Assembly: GCA_023247235.1 (NCBI GenBank)
Contig: JAHFGW010000001.1
Location: forward strand, 64,586-128,114
Reading direction: 5' to 3'
Length of the DNA: 63,529 nucleotides
From: Candidatus Omnitrophota bacterium
GTDB lineage: Bacteria > Omnitrophota > Gorgyraeia > Aquiviventales > Aquiviventaceae
Position numbers and translations under genes: made by a program. The notes below the pieces were generated by a model that saw only the letters and a list, made by a program, of their open reading frames with translations, had not been told where the DNA came from and did not search any database. Below, in pieces: positions 20,086 to 32,133 of this stretch (the stretch's first letter is position 1; each line of letters starts with the position of its first letter).

Positions 20086-20156
20086 AGGAGCGTCGGTTAA
20101 CGGCAAACCACCGGTCTCCAAAACCGGAACTGCAGGTTCGACTCCTGCCGCTCCTG
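20086..20156 (+). tRNA. tRNA-Trp (anticodon CCA)
   Basis: AGGAGCG/TC/GGTT-AACGGC-AAACC/A/CCGGT-CTCCAAA-ACCGG/AACT/GCAGG-TTCGACT-CCTGC/CGCTCCT/G. Conserved position between rpmG and secE. Confidence 0.88.
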
Positions 20157-20236
20157 TTCTTTTTTTCGACGCGACGTTCCGCCACGCGCTGGCGATACAC
20201 GCCAGGGGCGTGGCGCATCCCTGAGTCAGCTACCGC

Positions 20237-20431
20237 ATGGCCAAGACAGCTGGTCGAGTTGGTGTTTTTGTCCGTGGCGTGATCGAGGAGCTCAAGCAGG
20301 TGACCTGGCCGACCCGCGAAGAGCTGCTCGGCTCGGCCCTGGTGGTGTTTGTCGGAGTCGCGCTCTTGGGCGCCTTCATCGGCACCTGCGACGTCCTGTT
20401 ATCGCAGGCGGCGCGGGCCCTGCTGCGGTAG
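20237..20431 (+). CDS. secE: preprotein translocase subunit SecE
   Basis: 64 aa. The EELKQVTWPTREEL motif is followed by a single TM helix. Confidence 0.9.
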   Translation: MAKTAGRVGVFVRGVIEELKQVTWPTREELLGSALVVFVGVALLGAFIGTCDVLLSQAARALLR

Positions 20432-20441
20432 CGGATTGAGG

Positions 20442-20993
20442 ATGGACGAACAGGCGACAAGCAACGACCAACGGTGGTACGTCATCCATACGCAGACAGG
20501 CCAGGAGCTCAAAGTGAAGAGCAACCTGGAGCATAAGGTTCAGCAGGGCCCGGCCAGCAGCCAGATCAGCGAAGTGCTTGTCCCCACGGAACGCGTCGCG
20601 GAGATCCGTGGCGGCAAAAAACATATTTCCGAGCGCAAGTTCTTTCCCGGCTACCTCCTCGTCAAGATGGAGATGACGGATGAAAGCTGGCATGCCGTCC
20701 GGACGACGCCGGGGGTGACGGGATTCATCGGCGCCGGACGCCGGCCGGTCCCGCTCTCCGAAGACGAGGTGGCGGAGATCCTGCGGCAGACCGAGGAGCG
20801 CAAGGACAAGCCCAGCCCGCGGGTCTCCTATCAGAAGGGCGAGGGCGTCCGGGTCGTCGATGGGCCATTTTCCAACGTGACCGGTATCATTGAAGAGGTC
20901 AATGTGAACCGCGGCAAGCTCAAGGTCATGGTTCCCGTGTTCGGCCGTCAAGCCCCGCTGGAAGTGGAATTTTGGCAGGTTGAGCGCCTCTAA
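20442..20993 (+). CDS. nusG: transcription termination/antitermination factor NusG
   Basis: RWYVIHTQTGQE NGN start and KOW motif (GEGVRVVDGPF). Internal ATG of ORF 20349..20993. Confidence 0.93.
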   Translation: MDEQATSNDQRWYVIHTQTGQELKVKSNLEHKVQQGPASSQISEVLVPTERVAEIRGGKKHISERKFFPGYLLVKMEMTDESWHAVRTTPGVTGFIGAGRRPVPLSEDEVAEILRQTEERKDKPSPRVSYQKGEGVRVVDGPFSNVTGIIEEVNVNRGKLKVMVPVFGRQAPLEVEFWQVERL

Positions 20994-21425
20994 ATGCCCC
21001 CCAAGGTCAAGAAAGTCAAAGCGGTGATCAAGCTGTACTGTCCGGCCGGGCAAGCCAATCCCGCGCCGCCGGTTGGGCCGGCTCTGGGGCAGCATGGCGT
21101 GAACATCATGGAATTCTGCAAGAAATTCAATGAGCAATCCAAGGGCAAGGAAGGTCTTGTGCTGCCCGCCGTCATCACGGTGTACGAGGACCGCACGTTT
21201 ACCTTCATCATCAAGAGCCCGCCGGTGTCGGTCCTCCTCAAGCAGGCGTGCGGGATTGCCAAGGCCTCCGGGAACCCTCCGCGCGAGAAGGCCGGGCAGG
21301 TGCCGCGCGCAACCGTCGAAGAGATCGCCCGGCAGAAGCTCCCGGACTTAAACGCCGGCAGCCTCGCCGCAGCCGTGCGCATGGTGGAAGGGACCGCCCG
21401 CAGCATGGGCATTGACGTCACCTGA
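20994..21425 (+). CDS. rplK: 50S ribosomal protein L11
   Basis: [30 protein letters not shown] block. Confidence 0.96.
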   Translation: MPPKVKKVKAVIKLYCPAGQANPAPPVGPALGQHGVNIMEFCKKFNEQSKGKEGLVLPAVITVYEDRTFTFIIKSPPVSVLLKQACGIAKASGNPPREKAGQVPRATVEEIARQKLPDLNAGSLAAAVRMVEGTARSMGIDVT

Positions 21426-21430
21426 GCCAG

Positions 21431-22135
21431 ATGCGTCGACACGGGAAACGGTTCCAGCAGGCCGCGAAGCAGGTGGATCAGAGCAAGACCCATCCGCTGG
21501 AGACCGCGGTGCAGATGCTGCAACAACTGCCGGCTGCGAAGTTCAATGAAACGGTCGAGCTGTCCGCCTCCTTGAATGTCGATCCGGAGAAATCCGACCA
21601 GTCCGTGCGCGGCACCGTGCTGCTGCCTCACGGCACCGGCAAGAGCTGCCGGGTGCTGGTGTTCTGCAAGGGAGAGCAGGAAATCCTGGCCAAGCAGGCG
21701 GGGGCCGAGTTTACAGGTGGTGCGGACTTGATTGCCAAAGTTCAAGACGGCTGGCTCGACTTTGACGTGGTGGTCGCCAGTCCCGAGATGATGCGCGATG
21801 TCTCCAAGCTCGGCAAGGTCCTGGGGCCGCGCGGCCTGATGCCGAACCCGAAGGCCGGCACCGTCACGACCGATATTCCCAAGGCCGTCCGCGAGCTCAA
21901 GCAAGGCAAGATTGAATTTAAGATGGACAAGCTCGGGAACCTGCACCTGAGCATCGGCAAGCGCTCCTTCAAGCCCGAAGAGCTGGCGGCCAATGGACGC
22001 GCGGCGCTGGGCGCGATCGCCCGCGCCAAGCCGGCCGCCGTGAAGGGGCGGCTGCTCCGCCGAGTGGCGATTTCGAGCACGATGAGCCCGAGCGTGCCGG
22101 TGAGCACCGAAGGGCTTGAAGAGACGTTGGAGTAA
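21431..22135 (+). CDS. rplA: 50S ribosomal protein L1
   Basis: uL1 family sequence and operon position. Confidence 0.95.
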   Translation: MRRHGKRFQQAAKQVDQSKTHPLETAVQMLQQLPAAKFNETVELSASLNVDPEKSDQSVRGTVLLPHGTGKSCRVLVFCKGEQEILAKQAGAEFTGGADLIAKVQDGWLDFDVVVASPEMMRDVSKLGKVLGPRGLMPNPKAGTVTTDIPKAVRELKQGKIEFKMDKLGNLHLSIGKRSFKPEELAANGRAALGAIARAKPAAVKGRLLRRVAISSTMSPSVPVSTEGLEETLE

Positions 22136-22140
22136 CCCGA

Positions 22141-22863
22141 ATGCCAAGCGTCGGCCGGGTGGTCAAAGAGCGGATGGTGGAGGAGCTGGCCACGCGCGTC
22201 GGCGAATCCCATGTGCTGGTGACCTCCGTCAGCCGGCTCAGCGCCGCGGAAGCCGATGCCCTTCGGCAAAAGCTGCGAAGCTCCCGCGCGCGGCTGATCA
22301 TGATGAAGCGGCGGCTCGGCCTGCGGACGCTTGAGCGGCTCAACCTCGCGGCCCTAGGCAGCCTGCTGGAAGGCACGGTCGGCTTCGTCGTGACCGCGGG
22401 TGAGGCGACCCCGATCGCCAAGGAGCTGATCGATTTTAGCAAGGCGCATGAGAATCAGCTCCAGGTGCGCGGGGGCTGGGTGGATGGCCAGCTCTTGGAT
22501 TCAACGCAAGTCGAAGCGCTGGCCCAGTTGCCGCCAAAGCCCATGCTGTTGGCCGACGTGATCGCCACGCTCGAATCGCCGCTCGCCGGCCTCATCTTCA
22601 CGATCGAGCAAGTGGTGGGAGACATGATCTGGGTGGTCGAGCAGCGCGCTGGGCAAGCGCCCGCGCAGGCGGCTGCCATGGCAGCCGCCCCGATCAGCCC
22701 CGAGCCGCCGCCCCCCGCCGCAACGAGCCAGAGCCGCGGGGCAGGCGAGCAGGCCGCAGCGAACGAGCCTCCCACGCCCGCCTCGGGTGCAAGCCCGGCT
22801 CAGGAGGGACCGGCCGCTCCGACCACTGAAACGCAAACGCCACAGGAGGGCACGCAGGCATGA
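22141..22863 (+). CDS. rplJ: 50S ribosomal protein L10 with about 70-aa Ala/Pro/Glu-rich C-terminal tail
   Basis: uL10 core (residues 1-170), then a low-complexity tail. ATGA overlap with rplL. Confidence 0.9.
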   Translation: MPSVGRVVKERMVEELATRVGESHVLVTSVSRLSAAEADALRQKLRSSRARLIMMKRRLGLRTLERLNLAALGSLLEGTVGFVVTAGEATPIAKELIDFSKAHENQLQVRGGWVDGQLLDSTQVEALAQLPPKPMLLADVIATLESPLAGLIFTIEQVVGDMIWVVEQRAGQAPAQAAAMAAAPISPEPPPPAATSQSRGAGEQAAANEPPTPASGASPAQEGPAAPTTETQTPQEGTQA

Positions 22864-23255
22864 CCGAGCAATTGACTAAACGGGTCGAGGACGCGTTGAA
22901 GTTGACGAAGGAAATGACCGCCATAGAACTGGCGAGCTATGCCAAGGCGATGCGGGATGAGTTCGGCATCACCGCGACGCCGATGGTTGCGGCGGGCGCG
23001 GCACCGGGTGGCGGCCAGGCGGCAGCGGCGGCGGTTGAGGAACAGGACAGCTTCGACGTCGTCCTCGCGCAGGCCGGCACCAACAAGATTCAGGTCATCA
23101 AAGAAATCCGCGGCATGATCAGCCTTGGGCTCAAGGAGGCGAAGGACCTGGTGGAGTCGGCGCCGAAACCCGTGAAGACCGGCGTGCCGAAAGCCGAAGC
23201 GCAGGAGATGAAAAAGAAGCTCGAGGCGGTAGGGGCGACGGTCGAACTCAAGTAA
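22860..23255 (+). CDS. rplL: 50S ribosomal protein L7/L12
   Basis: Ala-rich hinge, C-terminal [24 protein letters not shown] block. Confidence 0.96.
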   Translation: MTEQLTKRVEDALKLTKEMTAIELASYAKAMRDEFGITATPMVAAGAAPGGGQAAAAAVEEQDSFDVVLAQAGTNKIQVIKEIRGMISLGLKEAKDLVESAPKPVKTGVPKAEAQEMKKKLEAVGATVELK

Positions 23256-23277
23256 CTCAGCCGGGGGCGCCACACTC

Positions 23278-26200
23278 ATGAAGAAGATCGTCAGTTTTGC
23301 CAAGCTGCCCGAAGGGCTCGCTCCGCCGGATTTGGTGGAGGTCCAGAAGCGCTCGTATCTGGACTTCCTGCAAGCGGATGGCGCCAAGCAGAAGCGGCAG
23401 AACCTCGGGCTCCAGGCGTCGTTCCTCGAGACGTTTCCCATCGAAAGCCCGGATAAAACCTATCGCCTCGATTTCACACACTATACGCTCGGCAAGCCGC
23501 GCTACAGCGTCGGCGAGTGCCTCCGCAATGGGCTCTCCTTTGCGGCGGCCTTGAAGGTGAAACTGCGCCTGTCCGGCCCAAAGGAAGCTCGCGAGCAAGA
23601 GGTGTACTTCGGCGAGATCCCCCTCATGACCGAATGGGGGACGTTCATCATCAACGGCGATGAGCGGGTCGTGGTGAGCCAACTCCACCGCTCGCCGGGG
23701 GTGACCTTCGAAGTCACGGTCCATCCAACCGGTAAGCGGCTGTACGCGGCGCGGATCATTCCCTATCGGGGTGCGTGGACTGAGCTCGAGTTTGATCTCA
23801 CCGATCTCTTGCATGTGGCCATCGATCGGCGCCGGAAGATGGTCGCGACGATCCTGCTGCGCGCCTTGGGTCTCTCGACGGATGAGGACATCCTCAACGC
23901 CTTCGGCAAGAGCGAGACCGTGAATTTCAGCAGCGCGGCGGACTTACGATCCCTGGTCGGCAGCCACCTCGGGGAGCGCGTGGTCGATGAGTCCAGCGGC
24001 CAGGTCGTCCTGCGCGCCGGCACCAAGATTACCGACGAGTGGATTGACACGATTTGGCAGAGCGGCAAACGGCAGATTAAGCTCGTAGTCAACGTGCCGC
24101 CGGAAGTCCTGAAGACGCTCGAGCGCGACCACACGACAACCCGAGAAGAGGCGCTGCTGGAAATCTTTCGCCGCCTGCGTCCCGGGGATCTCGTCAACCT
24201 GCCTTCCGCCGAAACCCTCATCCGCCGGCTGTTCTTCAATCCGCGCTACTACGATCTGGGCCGCGTCGGGCGGTATGTCATTAATCGCAAATTGAGTCTC
24301 AATCAACCGCTGGATGAACGGCTGATGAGCGGTCAAACCATCGTGCACGTGATCAACTACCTGCTAGGCTTGCGCCGGGGTGAGGGCGAAGTCGATGACA
24401 TCGATCATTTGGGCAACCGCCGCGTCCGCTCGGTCGGCGAGCTCGTGTATCACCAGTTTCGCATGGGGCTGGAGCGGTTAGAGCGCACGATCCGCGAGCG
24501 CATGGCCATCTACGATCTTGAAAAGGTCATGCCGCATACGCTCGTGAACTTCAAGTTGGTGGCCTCGGTCGTGCGGGACTTCTTCGCGCGCTCGCAGCTG
24601 TCGCAGTTCATGGATCAAACCAACCCGCTCGCAGAGCTGACGCACAAACGGCGGCTGTCGGCGCTGGGGCCCGGCGGCCTCTCGAGAGAGCGAGCCGGCT
24701 TTGAGGTCCGGGACGTGCATCCCTCGCACTACGGCCGGATCTGCCCGATTGAAACGCCTGAAGGCCCGAACATCGGGCTCATCTCCAGCCTCACGGTCTT
24801 CGCCCGCATCAACGATCACGGATTTATCGAAACCCCCTACCGCCGCGTCAAAGCCAGCACCGTCACGAATCAAATCGATTACCTCACCGCGGACATGGAA
24901 GACCGGGTCCGCATCGCCCAAGGCAGCAGCCCGCTCACCAAGGCCAGTCGCTTCACCGAGGCGCTGGTCAGCTGCCGCCACCGAGGCAACATTATCCGCA
25001 TCCCGCCCGAGCAGGTCGAGTACATGGATGTGTCGCCGAGCCAGACCGTGAGTATTGCTGCTAGCCTGATTCCGTTCCTCGAGCATGACGACGCCAATCG
25101 CGCGCTCATGGGCTCGAACATGCAACGCCAGGCGGTGCCGCTCCTGGTCACGGAAGCGCCGCTGGTCGGCACGGGGATCGAGAACCGCGTGGCCGTGGAC
25201 TCCGGGGCCTGCATCACGGCCAAGGAGGATGGGGTCGTCGGCTACGCGGATGGGCAGCGCATCGTGATCGGTCGGCAGACCTACGAGCTCAAGAAGTTCC
25301 AGCGCTCCAATGCCAACACCGCGATTAACCAACGGCCGTTGGTCAAGCCGGGCGACAAGGTCAAGGCTGGCCAAGTGATCGCGGATGGGATGGCCACCGA
25401 CCAAGGGGACCTGGCCCTGGGCCGCAATGTCTTGGTGGCCTTCATGCCCTGGCGGGGCTACAACTTCGAAGATGCCATCCTGATCAGCGAGCAGCTGCTG
25501 AAGGAAGACATGTTCACCTCCGTTCACGTCGAGGAATTCGAAACCGAGGCCCGCGAAACCCGGCTGGGCAACGAGGAAATCACGCGCGACATTCCCAATG
25601 TCGGCGAGGAAGCCCTGAAGGACCTCGACGAGCAGGGCATCGTGCGTGTCGGCGCGGAAGTGGGCCCCCGGGACGTGCTGGTGGGGAAGGTGACCCCCAA
25701 GAGCGAAACGGAACTGACGCCTGAAGAGAAGCTCCTGCGCGCGATCTTCGGAGAGAAGGCCGAGGATGTTCGCGATACGAGCCTCCGAGTGCCTGCCGGT
25801 GTCGAGGGGATCGTGGTGGATGTCAAAATCCTCACGCGCAAGGGCGCCAGGCCGAAGACCAAGGAAGAGCAACAGGAAGAGCAGCGGCAGATCGCCGAGA
25901 TTCGCAAGACCTATGAGACGCAGGTCAAGAAGCTGATCGAAGAGCGCGCCGAGCGGCTCACCAAACTGTTAGAAGGGAAGAAGCTCGCCGGACCGTTGAG
26001 CGAAATTGACTCCGGCGATACGCTCTTCGAGAGCGGCCGGACCATCAAGGTGGCCGATATCGATAAGCTGGCGCGCGCCGATTTTTCGGATATCCGGCTC
26101 GATCGCGAGCCCGCGCTTGAGGCGGAAGTACGCCGCGTGGCGGATTTTTTTGATGAGCGCATCCGCGAGGTGCACGCCGAGGAAGAGATGGAAGTCGACA

Positions 26201-27102
26201 AAATCAAGCGGGGCGATGAGCTGCCCCCAGGCGTGCTCAAGCGCGTGATCGTGCAGGTCGCCTCCAAGCGCAAGGTGTCCGTCGGCGACAAGATGGCCGG
26301 GCGCCACGGCAACAAGGGCGTGATCGCCAAGATCCTCCCGGAAGAAGATATGCCGTTTCTGCCGGACGGCACGCCGGTTCAAATCGTGCTCAATCCGCTG
26401 GGGGTGCCCTCCCGCATGAACGTGGGGCAGATCCTGGAAACCCACCTAGGGTGGGCGGCCAAGGTGCTCGGCTTCCGCGCGGTCAACCCCGCCTTCAACG
26501 GGGCGCGGGAGGAGGAAATTCGCGAGCAGCTCAAGAAGGCGGGCTTGCCATCCTCCGGCAAGATCCGGTTGCGCGACGGGCTGACCGGCCATGCGTTCGA
26601 CCAGGACAGCGTCGTGGGCTACATCTATATGATTAAGCTGGTGCACCTGGTGGACGACAAGATCCACGCGCGCTCCATCGGCCCCTACTCCCTGGTCACG
26701 CAACAGCCCTTGGGCGGCAAAGCCCAGTTCGGGGGCCAGCGTTTCGGCGAGATGGAGGTCTGGGCGCTGGAGGCCTACGGCGCGGCGTACACGCTCCAGG
26801 AGCTGCTGACCGTCAAGAGCGACGACGTCAACGGCCGCACCAAGGTCTATGAGGCAATCGTGAAGGGCGAGCACGCGCTGCAGCCCTCGGTGCCCGAGTC
26901 CTTCAACGTGCTGGTGAAGGAGCTCCAAGGCCTAGCACTTGACGTCCGCCTGGAATCGAAGGAGCGGGCCGTGACCCCGGCGGAGTTGTTCGACAAGCTG
27001 ATCCGGCGCGAAGTGGAAGAGGGGGCTGTGCGGCGAGCGCTGGGCGCCGAGCTCCCCGCGACGAAGAAAGACGCCAAATCCGCAGCGGCGAAAAAAGGAT
27101 GA
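23278..27102 (+). CDS. rpoB: DNA-directed RNA polymerase subunit beta
   Basis: 1,274 aa with conserved beta blocks (e.g. [24 protein letters not shown]). Confidence 0.98.
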   Translation: MKKIVSFAKLPEGLAPPDLVEVQKRSYLDFLQADGAKQKRQNLGLQASFLETFPIESPDKTYRLDFTHYTLGKPRYSVGECLRNGLSFAAALKVKLRLSGPKEAREQEVYFGEIPLMTEWGTFIINGDERVVVSQLHRSPGVTFEVTVHPTGKRLYAARIIPYRGAWTELEFDLTDLLHVAIDRRRKMVATILLRALGLSTDEDILNAFGKSETVNFSSAADLRSLVGSHLGERVVDESSGQVVLRAGTKITDEWIDTIWQSGKRQIKLVVNVPPEVLKTLERDHTTTREEALLEIFRRLRPGDLVNLPSAETLIRRLFFNPRYYDLGRVGRYVINRKLSLNQPLDERLMSGQTIVHVINYLLGLRRGEGEVDDIDHLGNRRVRSVGELVYHQFRMGLERLERTIRERMAIYDLEKVMPHTLVNFKLVASVVRDFFARSQLSQFMDQTNPLAELTHKRRLSALGPGGLSRERAGFEVRDVHPSHYGRICPIETPEGPNIGLISSLTVFARINDHGFIETPYRRVKASTVTNQIDYLTADMEDRVRIAQGSSPLTKASRFTEALVSCRHRGNIIRIPPEQVEYMDVSPSQTVSIAASLIPFLEHDDANRALMGSNMQRQAVPLLVTEAPLVGTGIENRVAVDSGACITAKEDGVVGYADGQRIVIGRQTYELKKFQRSNANTAINQRPLVKPGDKVKAGQVIADGMATDQGDLALGRNVLVAFMPWRGYNFEDAILISEQLLKEDMFTSVHVEEFETEARETRLGNEEITRDIPNVGEEALKDLDEQGIVRVGAEVGPRDVLVGKVTPKSETELTPEEKLLRAIFGEKAEDVRDTSLRVPAGVEGIVVDVKILTRKGARPKTKEEQQEEQRQIAEIRKTYETQVKKLIEERAERLTKLLEGKKLAGPLSEIDSGDTLFESGRTIKVADIDKLARADFSDIRLDREPALEAEVRRVADFFDERIREVHAEEEMEVDKIKRGDELPPGVLKRVIVQVASKRKVSVGDKMAGRHGNKGVIAKILPEEDMPFLPDGTPVQIVLNPLGVPSRMNVGQILETHLGWAAKVLGFRAVNPAFNGAREEEIREQLKKAGLPSSGKIRLRDGLTGHAFDQDSVVGYIYMIKLVHLVDDKIHARSIGPYSLVTQQPLGGKAQFGGQRFGEMEVWALEAYGAAYTLQELLTVKSDDVNGRTKVYEAIVKGEHALQPSVPESFNVLVKELQGLALDVRLESKERAVTPAELFDKLIRREVEEGAVRRALGAELPATKKDAKSAAAKKG

Positions 27103-30100
27103 CGGCACCCTTGACAGGCGATCTGAACGTCTTTGATGCGATTACGATCCGCGTCGCCTCAGACGATGTGATCCGGGGCTGGTCCCGCGGCGAAGTGAAG
27201 AAGCCGGAGACCATCAACTACCGGACGCTGAAGCCGGAAAAAGACGGCTTGTTCTGCGAGCGCATTTTCGGTCCGACGAAGGACTTTGAATGCAATTGCG
27301 GGAAGTACAAGAAGATCAAGCACAAGGGCATCACCTGTGACCGCTGCGGGGTCGAAGTGACCAAGTCCAATGTGCGGCGCGAGCGCATGGGTCATATCGA
27401 GCTGGCCGCCCCGGTCTCCCACATTTGGTTCTTCAAGAGCGTGCCGTCGCGCATGGGGGCCTTGCTCGACATGACGGTGCGCGACATGGAGCGCGTCCTC
27501 TACTACGAGGCATTCGTTGTGACTGATCCGGGGACGACGCCCCTGAAACTCCGCGAGATGCTCACCGAGGACCGCTACCAAGAAGCGCTCAAGACCCACG
27601 GCAAGAGCTTCACCGCCAAGATGGGCGCCGAGGCCCTCAGTGACCTGTTGGTGAATTTGGATTTAGGACAGATGGTCCGCTCGCTGCACAAGGACCTCCA
27701 AAAACAGAAGGCCGAACAGGCGCAGAAGCGGATCCTCAGGAATCTCCGGATCGTCGAAGCCTACCGCAAGAGCGCCAACCACCCGGAGTGGATGATCTTA
27801 CAGGTGGTCCCAGTCATTCCGCCGGACCTGCGTCCGCTGGTGCCGCTGGATGGCGGGCGTTTTGCGACGTCCGACCTGAACGACCTCTACCGCCGGGTCA
27901 TCAACCGCAACAACCGGCTCAAGAAGTTGATCGAGCTGAAGGCGCCGGAGATCATCATCCGCAATGAGAAACGGATGCTCCAGGAGGCCGTGGATGCGCT
28001 CCTGGATAACGGGCGCCATGGGCGGCCGGTCCTGGGGCCCATGAACCGTCCGCTGAAGTCGCTCGCCGATATGCTCAAGGGCAAGCAGGGGCGTTTTCGC
28101 CAGAACCTGCTCGGCAAACGCGTGGACTATTCGGGCCGCTCAGTGATCGTCATCGGGCCGGAGTTGAAGCTGGATCAGTGTGGCCTGCCGAAGAAGATGG
28201 CGCTGGAGCTCTTTGAGCCCTTCATCATCCGCCGATTTCGCGAGCAAGGCTTCGCGCAAACCATCAAGACCGCGAAGCGGATGGTCGAGAAGGAACGGAC
28301 GGAAGTCTGGGATATCCTGGATGAGGTGATCAAGGACCATCCGGTCCTGCTGAATCGTGCCCCCACGCTCCACCGGCTGGGGATCCAGGCCTTCCAACCA
28401 CTGCTCATTGAGGGGAAAGCGATCCGCATTCATCCGCTGGTGTGCGCCGCGTTCAATGCGGACTTCGACGGCGATCAGATGGCGGTCCACGTGCCGCTCT
28501 CCATCGAGGCGCAAATGGAAGCGCGGCTCTTGATGCTGGCCTCGCAGAACTTGTTCTCGCCGGCCAGCGGCCGGCCGATCGTGACGCCGACCCAAGACAT
28601 CATCCTCGGCTGCTACTACTTGACCAAGGTGCGAGAAGGGCTTCGAGGGCAGGGCGTCATCTTCTCGGGCCTGGAGGAGGCGGTGCTGGCCTATCAGGAT
28701 GGTGCCGTGGAGCTGCACGCCAAAGTGAAGCTTCGCTGGAAGGAGCAGCTCTTGGACTCCACCGTCGGACGGGTCCTGTTCAACCTCGTGCTGCCCCAGG
28801 AAGTGCGCTTTGCCAACGAGCTGATCGACAAGAGCCGGCTCAGCAACCTGATCACCAAGGTGTACCGTACGTGCGGGCACACGCGCACCGTCGAGCTGCT
28901 GGATGATTTGAAGATGCTCGGGTTCGAATGGGCGACCCTGGCCGGGATGTCCATCTCGGTGGCGGACCTCGAGATCCCGCCGGACAAGCCGAAGATCCTG
29001 CAGCGGGCGTATCGAGAAGTCGAGCAGGTCGAGGCCCAGTATCGCCGTGGGTTGATTACGGATGGAGAGCGGTACAACAAGATCATCGATATCTGGATGC
29101 ACACGACCGAGGCGGTCTCGGATCATGTGATGGAAAACCTCGATGCGTTCAATCCCATCTTTATGATGGCCGACTCCGGGGCGCGCGGTTCCGAGCAGCA
29201 GGTGCGCCAGCTTGCGGGCATGCGCGGCCTCATGGCGAAGCCCTCCGGCGAGATCATTGAGAGCCCGATCGTGGCCAATTTCCGCGAGGGGCTGACTGTG
29301 CATGAGTATTTCATTTCGACGCACGGCGCGCGCAAGGGGCTGGCGGATACTGCCCTTAAGACGGCGGACTCCGGGTACCTCACGCGCCGGCTCGTTGATG
29401 TCGCTCAGGACGTCATCATCACGGACCAGGACTGCGGCACGCTCAACGGCATCCTCATGACCCCAATCCGCGAGGGCGACGAGGACATCGTCGCGCTGAA
29501 GGAGCGCATCGTGGGTCGGGTGGTGCTGGATAACGTGGTCGACGTGGTGACGGATGACATGATCATCCGATCGAATGAGGAGATCACAGAAGAGATCGCG
29601 GACCGCATGGAGGCAGAGAATATCGAGCGGATCAAGATCCGCAGCGTCCTGACCTGCGAGACGCGCCGCGGCGCCTGCGCGAAGTGCTACGGGCGCAACC
29701 TGGCCACCGGGGCCATGGTGGACATGGGCGAGGCCGTCGGCATCATTGCCGCCCAGTCGATCGGCGAGCCCGGAACCCAGCTGACGATGCGGACGTTCCA
29801 CATCGGGGGCACGGCGCACCGCGCGATCGAGCAGTCCGAGATCAAGGCCAAGCACAAGGGCAACATGAAGTTCCATAACGTGAAGACCGTCCAGATCAAG
29901 CCCGACGAGCTGCTGGTACTCAACCGCAACGGGGAACTGTCCGTCGTCGATTCCGATGGCCGAGAGCTGGAGCGGCACCGCATCCTGCAGGGAAGCGTCG
30001 TTACCAAGCAAGACGGCGAACCCATCGTGCGCGATGAGCTGCTGGTGCGGTGGGATCCCTATACGACTCCGAACTTGACCGAGTTTGCCGGGCGGGTCCG

Positions 30101-31160
30101 CTTCGAGGACGTGCGTCTTGGCGTGACGATGCGCGAAGAGCTGGATGAGGCCACCGGGTTGACCAACCGCGTGATTGTCGAGCACAAGGGCGATTACCAG
30201 CCGCAGGTGATCATCGAGACGGACAAGGGCGAACTACTGGCCTCCTATGGGTTGCCGGTGGGCGCGCATGTCCTGGTCCGGGAGGGCCAGATGGTCAAGA
30301 CCGGAGACATGATCGCCAAGACGGCGCGCAAGATCAGCCAGACCAAGGATATCACCGGCGGTCTGCCCCGCGTGGCGGAACTGTTCGAGGCCCGCCGGCC
30401 CAAGGACCCGGCGATCATCGCCGAGATCGACGGCATGGTGGAATTCGGCACGGCGAAGAAAGGTCAGCGGCGCATCATCATCAAGAGCGCCTCCGGCATG
30501 TCGAAGGAATACCTGATCCCGCACGGCAAGCATCTCAATGTCTACAAGGGAGACTATGTGCAAAGCGGGCAGGCGCTGACCGATGGCCCCGCAGTGGCCC
30601 AGGACATCCTGCGGGTCTGCGGCGAACGCAAGCTGCAAGAGTATCTCGTGGACGAGATCCAGGAGGTCTACCGCTCGCAAGGGGTCAAGATCAATGACAA
30701 GCATATCGAAGTCATCGTGCGCCAGATGCTGCGCAAGGTGACCATCGACGATCCGGGCGACACCGAGTTCCTGGTGGGCATGCAGGTGGACAAGTGGCGC
30801 TTCAACGAGGAGAACGAGCGGGTGAAGAACAAGGACGGGAAGCCGGCTCAGGCCAGCCCGACGTTGCTGGGGATCACGAAAGCGAGCCTGGCGACCGACA
30901 GCTTCATCGCCGCCGCGAGCTTCCAGGAGACGACGCGCGTGCTGACGGAAGCAGCCGCCAGCGGCAAGCGCGATACGCTCCTGGGCCTAAAAGAAAATGT
31001 CATCATGGGCCACCTCATTCCTGCCGGCACAGGGTTCAGTACGCATCGCATCGACGAAATCGGCCGCATCGCGCCGGAGCTGCCGAAGCTCGAATCCAAC
31101 GGGAGCGAGGCCGGGGAGGCGTCGGAGGACGGCCAGTCCTCCGAGGAGCCCGACGCATGA
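27099..31160 (+). CDS. rpoC: DNA-directed RNA polymerase subunit beta'
   Basis: 1,353 aa with zinc motif CNCGKYKK...CDRCG and catalytic NADFDGDQM. Confidence 0.98.
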   Translation: MTAPLTGDLNVFDAITIRVASDDVIRGWSRGEVKKPETINYRTLKPEKDGLFCERIFGPTKDFECNCGKYKKIKHKGITCDRCGVEVTKSNVRRERMGHIELAAPVSHIWFFKSVPSRMGALLDMTVRDMERVLYYEAFVVTDPGTTPLKLREMLTEDRYQEALKTHGKSFTAKMGAEALSDLLVNLDLGQMVRSLHKDLQKQKAEQAQKRILRNLRIVEAYRKSANHPEWMILQVVPVIPPDLRPLVPLDGGRFATSDLNDLYRRVINRNNRLKKLIELKAPEIIIRNEKRMLQEAVDALLDNGRHGRPVLGPMNRPLKSLADMLKGKQGRFRQNLLGKRVDYSGRSVIVIGPELKLDQCGLPKKMALELFEPFIIRRFREQGFAQTIKTAKRMVEKERTEVWDILDEVIKDHPVLLNRAPTLHRLGIQAFQPLLIEGKAIRIHPLVCAAFNADFDGDQMAVHVPLSIEAQMEARLLMLASQNLFSPASGRPIVTPTQDIILGCYYLTKVREGLRGQGVIFSGLEEAVLAYQDGAVELHAKVKLRWKEQLLDSTVGRVLFNLVLPQEVRFANELIDKSRLSNLITKVYRTCGHTRTVELLDDLKMLGFEWATLAGMSISVADLEIPPDKPKILQRAYREVEQVEAQYRRGLITDGERYNKIIDIWMHTTEAVSDHVMENLDAFNPIFMMADSGARGSEQQVRQLAGMRGLMAKPSGEIIESPIVANFREGLTVHEYFISTHGARKGLADTALKTADSGYLTRRLVDVAQDVIITDQDCGTLNGILMTPIREGDEDIVALKERIVGRVVLDNVVDVVTDDMIIRSNEEITEEIADRMEAENIERIKIRSVLTCETRRGACAKCYGRNLATGAMVDMGEAVGIIAAQSIGEPGTQLTMRTFHIGGTAHRAIEQSEIKAKHKGNMKFHNVKTVQIKPDELLVLNRNGELSVVDSDGRELERHRILQGSVVTKQDGEPIVRDELLVRWDPYTTPNLTEFAGRVRFEDVRLGVTMREELDEATGLTNRVIVEHKGDYQPQVIIETDKGELLASYGLPVGAHVLVREGQMVKTGDMIAKTARKISQTKDITGGLPRVAELFEARRPKDPAIIAEIDGMVEFGTAKKGQRRIIIKSASGMSKEYLIPHGKHLNVYKGDYVQSGQALTDGPAVAQDILRVCGERKLQEYLVDEIQEVYRSQGVKINDKHIEVIVRQMLRKVTIDDPGDTEFLVGMQVDKWRFNEENERVKNKDGKPAQASPTLLGITKASLATDSFIAAASFQETTRVLTEAAASGKRDTLLGLKENVIMGHLIPAGTGFSTHRIDEIGRIAPELPKLESNGSEAGEASEDGQSSEEPDA

Positions 31161-31185
31161 CCCGGCACGGGCGGCGCTGACGCAT

Positions 31186-31569
31186 ATGCCGACCATCAAT
31201 CAGCTCGTGCGCCGCGGCCGCGAGGCGCTGCAGAAAAAGACCAAGGCCCCGGCCCTGAAGGCCTCGCCGCAGCGACGCGGCGTGTGCGTGCAGGTGCGCA
31301 CCATGACGCCCAAGAAACCGAACTCCGCGCTGCGCAAGATCGCGCGCGTGCGGCTCACCACGGCGATTGAAGTCACCGCCTATATTCCAGGGGAAGGGCA
31401 CAACCTCCAGGAGCACTCGATCGTCCTGGTCCGCGGCGGCCGGGTGAAGGATCTGCCGGGGGTGCGCTATCACATCATCCGCGGCACGCTCGATGCGTCC
31501 GGGGTGAACCAGCGGCGCAAGTCGCGCTCGAAGTACGGCGCCAAGATGCCCAAGCGCGAGGGCGCATGA
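31186..31569 (+). CDS. rpsL: 30S ribosomal protein S12
   Basis: [13 protein letters not shown]...[10 protein letters not shown]. Internal ATG of ORF 30997..31569. Confidence 0.96.
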   Translation: MPTINQLVRRGREALQKKTKAPALKASPQRRGVCVQVRTMTPKKPNSALRKIARVRLTTAIEVTAYIPGEGHNLQEHSIVLVRGGRVKDLPGVRYHIIRGTLDASGVNQRRKSRSKYGAKMPKREGA

Positions 31570-31593
31570 ACCTGCAAACACTCTTCAGCATAC

Positions 31594-31648
31594 GGGTGGC
31601 TGGAGGCGACGATCAAACCCTCCAGCCTCCAGCCTCGAGCCTCGAGCG
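31594..31648 (+). repeat. 9-bp stem (GGCTGGAGG/CCTCCAGCC) plus heptamer array CCTCCAG x2, CCTCGAG x2 (H4), followed by TTTTT
   Basis: Read directly from the sequence. It fills the rpsL|rpsG spacer. Confidence 0.7.
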
Positions 31649-31657
31649 GTTTTTACA

Positions 31658-32128
31658 ATGAGACGTCGACGTATCGCGCGCCAGGAGACCGCGCCGGATT
31701 CACGCTACAATAACCGGCTCGTGCAAAAGCTGATCAATATCGTGATGGTCGATGGCAAAAAATCCAAAGCCGAGCAGATCGTGTATGGCGCGTTCGACTA
31801 CCTCAAGAAAAACGCGGCCAGCAACGATGTCGTGACAGTCTTCCATAAGGCCATCGAGAACGTCCGGCCCCACGTGGAGCTCAAGGCGCGGCGAGTCGGC
31901 GGCGCCACCTACCAGATTCCGATCGAAGTCCGGCATGACCGCAGCCTCTCGCTCGCGCTGCGCTGGATCCGAGATGCGGCCCGCAGCCGGCAGGGCAAGC
32001 CGATGCTGGCCCGCCTGGGCGAAGAGCTGGCCAGCGCCTACCGCAACGAAGGCACCGCCGTGAAGAAGCGCGAGGATACGCACAAGATGGCCGAGGCCAA
32101 CCGAGCGTTCACCCATTACCGATGGTAA
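31658..32128 (+). CDS. rpsG: 30S ribosomal protein S7
   Basis: uS7 family sequence and position. Confidence 0.96.
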   Translation: MRRRRIARQETAPDSRYNNRLVQKLINIVMVDGKKSKAEQIVYGAFDYLKKNAASNDVVTVFHKAIENVRPHVELKARRVGGATYQIPIEVRHDRSLSLALRWIRDAARSRQGKPMLARLGEELASAYRNEGTAVKKREDTHKMAEANRAFTHYRW

Positions 32129-32133
32129 CACCC

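Noticed and set aside
20157-20170. T-rich run (TTCTTTTTTTCG) after tRNA-Trp as an intrinsic terminator
   Set aside because: There is no separate GC-rich hairpin apart from the tRNA itself. It might still attenuate transcription, but the sequence alone does not support the call.
28140-30185. 681-aa minus-strand ORF
   Set aside because: It is antisense to rpoC with no recognisable motifs. The same GC-bias artefact explains 475..1995, 4453..5838, 12481..14283, 24478..25872, 53194..54720, 56595..57971 and other long minus-strand ORFs.
31633-31654. CCTCGAGCCTCGAGCGG followed by TTTTT as a terminator between rpsL and rpsG
   Set aside because: The only stem possible is 5 bp with a 3-nt loop. The sequence is better explained as part of heptamer array H4.
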